Origin: Salpingoeca rosetta
Taxonomy: Eukaryota > Protista > Choanoflagellata
NCBI GenBank assembly: GCA_033442325.1
Contig: JAWQFM010000003.1
Location: forward strand, 823,119-887,118
DNA length: 64,000 nucleotides
Direction: 5' to 3'
Both the position numbers and the translations under genes were made by a program. This document shows positions 57,772 to 64,000 of the stretch, piece by piece (position 1 is the first letter of the stretch; each line of letters begins with the position of its first letter). Under the pieces are notes generated by a model that saw nothing but the letters and a program-made list of their open reading frames with translations, searched no databases and was not told the DNA's origin.

Positions 57772-58147
57772 AGACATGCCCTCGTCCCTGAACTCACGTT
57801 GTACTTGCTATTCACTCTCTGACAATGCCTTCGTCTCTGACAGTCAACTTCGCACATGCCAGTCGCTTTGCTGCATTCGTTGTCCTGTTCCCTTCTTGAT
57901 GACCTTACTTACTTCTTATGGATCGTTCACTTGTTTCACCATTCCCCCCCCCTCATCTTTTGTACACAACCATCGAGTGCGTGAGTATGATAGTGTGTGA
58001 GAGTGAGAGTGGGTTTGAAGTGATGATGTTGGAAACTACTTACGGCAAGAAGCCGAGCCGTGTTCAAGTGGTGGGGTGGTGAACCATGAGAGATGCAAAC
58101 AGTTGTAGAAACTTGGTGGGTGTTATTCACAATAAACGGACACCGAG

Positions 58148-59012
58148 ATGGCGACGCGATACCGGCACGCTTGTTGCTTGCTTGCTCGCTTGCTTGTGTG
58201 CTGTTTGTGCTCGTCGTGCGACCTGTGTGATGATGGCAGGCAGCTCTCTGGTTGTGAACTTGGTCTGCCTAACCCGATGCACACAACACGTGTGGCTTTG
58301 TGGTTTGTGGTTTTGGTAGGGCGAGACCAAAGAAGACTGGCATTCCAGCCGTCGTGAAGTTGCCGTCCATCCACAAGAGGTACGTGGGCTTGTCTATGTG
58401 TTTGTGTGTTTGTGTCTCTGTGTGTGTCTGTGTGTGTCTGTGTCTATGTGTCTGTGCCTGTGTGTGTGTCTGTGCCTGTGTCTGTGTCTGTGCCTATGCG
58501 TCTGTGCCTGTGTGTCTCTGTATGTGTCTCTGTGTGTGTCTGTGCCTGTGTCTGTGTCTGTGTCTGTGTCTGTGCCTCGTCTTGTGCCCTCTCGCTCCAT
58601 ACACCCATGGATGCCCAAACCACCATTTGTGCTTTTGAAGCAACAGCCCTTCCAGCTCGACTCCAGGCTCCGCAAGCGACTGCAAGGCGTACGTATTCAC
58701 TGATCCACCTGTGCTCCCCCAAGTACACACTCATGTCAAGGCTGACACCACCCGACATCACCCACTGTCCATTTATTGCCCATTTACTGCGTTGCCACTG
58801 CTCACCAACTGCATGTGTGACACTGCACCCTGCTGCTGTCTCGTTAGCAGTGCCACATATCCATCCGCGGGTTCATCTTCATCTTCCACATCCTCATCAT
58901 CATCATCTGGACGAAAGAAGAAAGGACATCGCAAACACACGGTTCCCAAAGCTGATAGCCACCAACACCGACAAGATGATGTGTCGGAGGATGCGGTACG
59001 CTCATCTGTTGC

Positions 59013-59072
<60 letters not shown>

Positions 59073-60066
59073 GGGTGTGTGGGTGTGGGTGTGTGGGTGT
59101 GTGTGTGGGTGGGTGTGGGTGTATGTGTGTGCACCTGTGATGATATGCGTGCGTATGCGACTCAAGCCCTGCATCGGTGTTCGTTGGTCACGACTTCACC
59201 ATCCCCTCCACCTCATCCTTTGTTCTCTCAGGTGGAGGAAGACTTGGAGTTGGTAAAGGCGATGCAAGAGCAGCTTGCGCTTCAGCGACAACTGCTGCAA
59301 TACGAGTATGAACTGGAACAGCAGCAAGACGCAGCAAATGACGCGCAAAGCGGCATTGACCTCCAACAGGTTGTGTGTGTGTGTGTGCCTGTGTGCTTAC
59401 AAGTGCGTGTGTGTGTGCATGTGTGTCTGTCTGTCTGTGTCTGTGTCTGTGCATGTGTCTGTGTCTGTGTCTGTGTCTGTGAACGTGTCCTGCCTGTGCC
59501 TGCGTGCATGTTAGTGTGTGTGTGTGTGTGTGTCAACGTCCTTTGCCCTCTGCCTTCATCACATTACACCATATGTATGTGCTCATGTCTGTGGCTGATC
59601 TTGCTTGACGCGCAACTCCAGGCGTACGAGGAGACGAGGAAGGCCATTCGGACGGCACGTGGTGGACGGAGAAAGAAGGCCACTGGCGGCAGTTCCTCAA
59701 GACAGGTGTTGTTGGCACAGCACATCACACACACGCATACATACACACACACATACACACACATACATACATACATACATACATACATACATACATACAT
59801 ACATACATACATACATACATACATACATACATACATACATACATACATACATACATACATACATACATACATACATACATACATACATCTGCTCCTCACA
59901 GTTGTGTGTGTGTGTGTGTGCATGTGCCCATGTGCTCACCCTCCTGATGCTTCTGTTTTGTGCACCTGCACCCCCATTCGCTGTGCCCCCGGGGTAACTG
60001 CCTGTGCAGGTCAACGACGATGACGACGATGATGCCCATATCACGCACCCATCTGGTCCGTTATGA
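58148..60066 (+). CDS. Small hypothetical low-complexity/coiled-coil protein (about 7 exons)
   Basis: GT-AG exons at about 58320-58379 ([19 protein letters not shown]), 58640-58689, ~58851-58995, 59232-59369 ([32 protein letters not shown]), 59622-59705 and 60010-60066. The start codon and the first donor are uncertain. Confidence 0.55.
59760..59888 (+). repeat. (ATAC)n microsatellite, intronic
   Basis: Directly visible. Confidence 0.95.
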
Positions 60067-60511
60067 TCTGTCGCCATAGTCGATGCCTGTGTGCATGTGA
60101 TTGACTTGGGTTGATTTGATTGCTTTTGCTGCTTTTGTTTGCTGCATCTGTTGTTTTGTATTTGAAGGGGAACGGTGTGCACGTTCACGTGTAACTGAAA
60201 ATGAACCAACAAGACCACAATAACCACCGGCGGCCATGACAAGAGAGAGAGAGAGAGAGAGTGTGTGTGTGTGTGTGTGTGCGTGTGTGTGTGTCTGTGT
60301 GTGTGTCTGTGTGTGTGTGTGCGTGTGTGTGTGTGTGTGAGTCTGTGTGTGTCTGTGTGTGTGTGTGTGTGTCTGTGCGTGTGTGTGTGTCTGTGTGTGT
60401 TCTGTGAGCGGAACCCACAGGGAAGAGCAAAGGGACGAATAGACAAGAATTGACATCAACGACTGCGAGTGAGACACGGGCACGGTGAAAGGTCTTCTCC
60501 AATCCTGCACC

Positions 60512-60823
60512 TCATGCATCTGCCTGGCTGAGGGGTGGGAACGAGGTGAGGGTGCCTGGGAGAATGTAGTCAGTGGTGTCTGGGAGCTTGGTCTTGCGGA
60601 GGAGGGCGTTGAGGGGTGCAAGATCGCTGTCGCGGATGTAGAGCGGGTTGTGGGTGAGATCCTGGATGTTCTTGCGGCTGCTCGTGGTTGTCGCTGCAGG
60701 GCCGTGCGCGTCCTCGCCAAACACACGCGCGAGCGAGCCAGCATGCAGCTGGTTCTACAGCATGTAACGAACACGGCAGAACAGAGGTGGCGTGAGGATA
60801 GATGTTTGGGGGATATACCGGAC

Positions 60824-60895
<72 letters not shown>

Positions 60896-62135
60896 GTGTG
60901 TGTGTGTGTGTGTGTGTGCGTGTGTGTGTGTGTGTGTGTGTGGACAACCGTGCCAGATGAGACAGCGCGGCAACAACCAGCAAACGCGGACGGACGAGGG
61001 ATTTGCATTTGGGGCATGCGTGCATACAAAGGGTCGGTGACATTGCAGTGGACTGATAGGCACCGCGACATAATGCACACACGCACACACACATCCACAC
61101 ACATCCACACACATACACACACACACAAGCACACAAGCACAAACACACACACACACAGACGCATACAAACACGCACGCGTACACAAGCACACAAGCACAC
61201 AAAAGCACACAAGCACACACACACACCTTTGCCTCTGGGACGGCGTCGTGGACAATATCTGCATCCAAAGCAACCCAACTGCGGAACTTCACAGCAAGCG
61301 CGGCAGTGGCACTGCTGGTGGCATCAGTCGAGCTGCCTGCGTCAGAGGTAAGACCGGCACGTGCTGCAAGGAGGAAAGTGGCGTCACGAAGGACCTGCTT
61401 TGCCTCTGGTCGTGTCATGCGGCCTTCCTTGAGCGCCAGGAAGACGGCGGAGTAGATGTCGGGCTCGGCAATGCTGTGCACGCCATATGCAGAGCCAAGC
61501 GCCTTGCTGAGCAGCGTGGACCCGCAGCGGCCAGTGCTGTGCACAAAGACGACGCGGGACAGGAGTGCACGCTCGGCGTCGGGCTCGGCGCAGCCGTGGG
61601 CGGCCTTGAGAGCCTCGACGGCGCTGTGCAGGCCAGCGAAGGAGAGCAGGACGGCGCGCTTGTGGGCCGATCCCCGGAGCTCTTGATAGTGGAAGGTGCG
61701 AGCAAACGTGAGGTCCTTGGTGATGCTCACGGGCGCCGGCTCCACAAGCACGACGGCCTTGTCGTCCTCGAACAGCGAGTAGACGGTGAGGTCCGGGTTG
61801 TCCACCAGCACGCTCCGCGGGTCCTCCACGCGGACACATGCAGTGAATGGGGCGAAGTCCTGCAGCATCCCCAGCGACTCGACGCCAGCAGGGCCTGCAG
61901 GCTTACCGCCGATGCCTTGGAAATGGAGCGAGCACGCCACATCCTTTCCCCGAACGGGCGCCGTATTCGTGTCACTGTTGCTGTTGTTGCTGCTGAACTT
62001 GGGCAGGACGACGCCGTACTTGTTCTTGGACTTGGCCTCCTCGCTCTCGTTCTTGTTGCTGCTCATGATGCGCACGGCCACAAATGCGACCACGGCAATG
62101 GCAAGCCCTGCGCCAACCGCAACAACCAGCGACAT
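60512..62135 (-). CDS. Membrane-anchored sulfotransferase-like protein (P-loop fold), possibly internally incomplete
   Basis: N-terminal TM segment (VVAVGAGLAIAVVAFVAV) and 5'-PSB-type loop VVFVHSTGRCGSTLLSKAL...SIAEPD, then AVKFRSW and VPEAK. Exons 62135-61227 and 60754-60512 join in phase 0 and end DYILPGTL...*. Confidence 0.7.
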
Positions 62136-62358
62136 GGCTTCCGTGAAGTGGATGAACGACTGCGCTTGTGACTGCGCTTGTGACTGCGACTGCAGTTGTG
62201 ATTGGAGACTGTGTGATTGTGGTTGTAGACTGTAATGATCGAGACTTAGGCCGGAGACTGTGATCGTGCGCGGCAGTGCCAGGTCGTGTTGAAAAGTTTT
62301 GGTGGCGTCGTCAATTTTCTACAACCATCAAGCAAGCACTCGCGAAGCGATCATCATC

Positions 62359-62483
62359 ATGTCAGTCAACGACCACTACCGCAAGACATCGCTTGGGCTT
62401 GCTCTGCAAGCTGCCTTGGATGAGCTTCTTGAGGTTGGCTTGACTGTGGCATCTGCGTGTTGTTGTTGTTGTTGTTGTTGTTG

Positions 62484-62524
<41 letters not shown>

Positions 62525-62545
62525 TGTTTGTGTGTGTGTGTATGT

Positions 62546-62589
<44 letters not shown>

Positions 62590-63198
62590 TTGTGTGTATT
62601 TGTGTGTGTGTGTGTGTTTGTGTGGTTTCGTTCGTTTGTCGGTGTGTTTGTACGTTCGTTTGTTTGTTTACGTTGACCGTACATGCCCATGTCTGCCTGC
62701 TTTTATCTCTGCTTGCCATGCTCACTCGTCTGTCCGTGTCATGGTATTGGTGCAATGTCTGTTTTTTGGTTTGGTGCATGACCATGCGTACCCCTCTTGC
62801 CCGTCTGTGTCCACAAACATTCACACACCTTCACACACACCTTCACACACACCTTCACATGCACACACACATACACACACACACCTTCACATGCACACAC
62901 GCACAAACACACACGCATGCACGCACACACACGCACACGCGCATGCACGCACGCACACACACAGGCGCAGAGCATCTCGCCGGATTTGATGAACCATGTG
63001 TTGGAAAACTTTGACACCACCATGGTGAAGCGGCTGTCGAATGTGAAGCACCGGGCCGATCTCAAGGCGTTGTGTAAGGAGTACAAGAACATGAAGGATT
63101 TCTGGACCATCTCGCTCAAGGACTGCAAGTTCACCTTCAGCAAGGCCGAGGAACTGCATACGGACAAACTCACCGTGTTCACCAGCAAGACACAGTAG
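62359..63198 (+). CDS. GTF2A2: Transcription factor IIA gamma (small) subunit
   Basis: MSVNDHYRKTSLGLALQAALDELLE (62359-62433) joined to AQSISPDLMNHVLENFDTTMVKRL...YKNMKDFWTISLKDCKF...TDKLTVF (62965-63198). Matches the TFIIA-gamma pattern YR.TTLG..L...LDELI...I.P.LA..VL..FD...Y......WTF.L.D. Confidence 0.88.
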
Positions 63199-63232
63199 TC
63201 TAGTGTGGACCGTGTGGTTGCATCTTTGCTGG

Positions 63233-63367
63233 TTCTTCTTCTTCTTCTTCTTCTTCTTCTTCTTCTTCTTCTTCTTCTTCTTCTTCTTCTTCTTCTTCTT
63301 CTTCTTCTTCTTCTTCTTCTTCTTTCTTCTTCTTCTTTCTTCTTCTTCTTTCTTCTTCTTCTTCTTC
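63233..63367 (+). repeat. (CTT)n trinucleotide tract in the likely TFIIA-gamma 3' UTR
   Basis: Directly visible, about 45 units with small interruptions. Confidence 0.95.
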
Positions 63368-63911
63368 CGTATTGTCGCGGGTTGAGGAGGTGGGGTGAGA
63401 ACAGCATGGTGCTTTTGCTGCTTTCTCTTCTGTTTCGAATGTTCGTCGATTATGTTACCGTTTGTCTCTCTTCCACCCCCTACCTGCCCGTTCCTCCTCA
63501 GTGAACTCTTTCCGCCCACCTTCCTTGCCTCTCCCCCTGTTTCTCCTCATTCCTCCCCTCTCTTCCTCTTCTTTTGCCCTCGCTACACAAACACGCAAAC
63601 ACACGCACAAACACACACGCACACACACACACACACAACTGCCCCAAGCAATGCACGCCCTTGCCCACCCCGACGGCGCTGTGCGCTGTCATGTGTGCCA
63701 ACACCACACCTCGCTTCCGCATGTGTGTTTTGTTTGAACGAACGAATGAACGAACCATGAGACTGCACACCAAGCAAGCAAGCTCCTCCCAATCACCGTG
63801 CTTCTTGTTGCTACACTGTGATGTCATTCGCCCTTCATATCATACACACTGACATTGACATCATCACCATCATCATCATCATGACCACCACAAAGCAAAG
63901 CACACACACAC

Positions 63912-63989
<78 letters not shown>

Positions 63990-64000
63990 ACGAACGTACG

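Noticed and set aside
60061-62171. Long overlapping ORFs 60061..61278, 60485..61351 and 61248..62171
   Set aside because: Alternative-frame or antisense products of a GC-rich exon plus microsatellites.
63233-63367. (CTT)n tract as a retroelement tail or a poly-Lys/Arg gene
   Set aside because: No adjacent RT/endonuclease sequence or target-site duplication; a simple microsatellite in a 3' region.

Overview
Eukaryotic, gene-dense, intron-rich genomic DNA. GC-rich exons alternate with short GT-AG introns packed with (CA)n/(TG)n microsatellites, and the proteins are holozoan-like. This pattern suggests the choanoflagellate Salpingoeca rosetta or a close relative (inference, not verified). Most entries in the ORF track are microsatellite artefacts. 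I spliced the exons by hand and recovered 14 protein-coding genes in this order: axonemal dynein heavy chain DNAH2-like (-, runs off the left end), C1orf87-like EF-hand protein (+), C3orf20/FAM194-domain protein (+), a very large Reb1/TTF1/DMTF1-type Myb protein (-), PDHB (-), ARP6 (-), NC2alpha/DRAP1 (-), NIPBL/Scc2 (+), class II ARF (-), PRELID3/slowmo (-), SCAI (+), a small hypothetical protein (+), a sulfotransferase-like protein (-) and TFIIA-gamma (+). Family assignments come from motifs I recognise, not from database searches. The stand-out feature is the Myb gene (13665-23736). The single C-terminal 'DW' Myb-like module of the TTF1/DMTF1 family is amplified to 16 diverged copies, one per exon. 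All 17 introns are phase 0, and the 16 that follow the modules fall at the same position. Some copies show recent duplication or gene conversion. A ~390-bp compositionally foreign island sits in DRAP1 intron 3. I found no rRNA, tRNA, CRISPR array or recognisable transposon.
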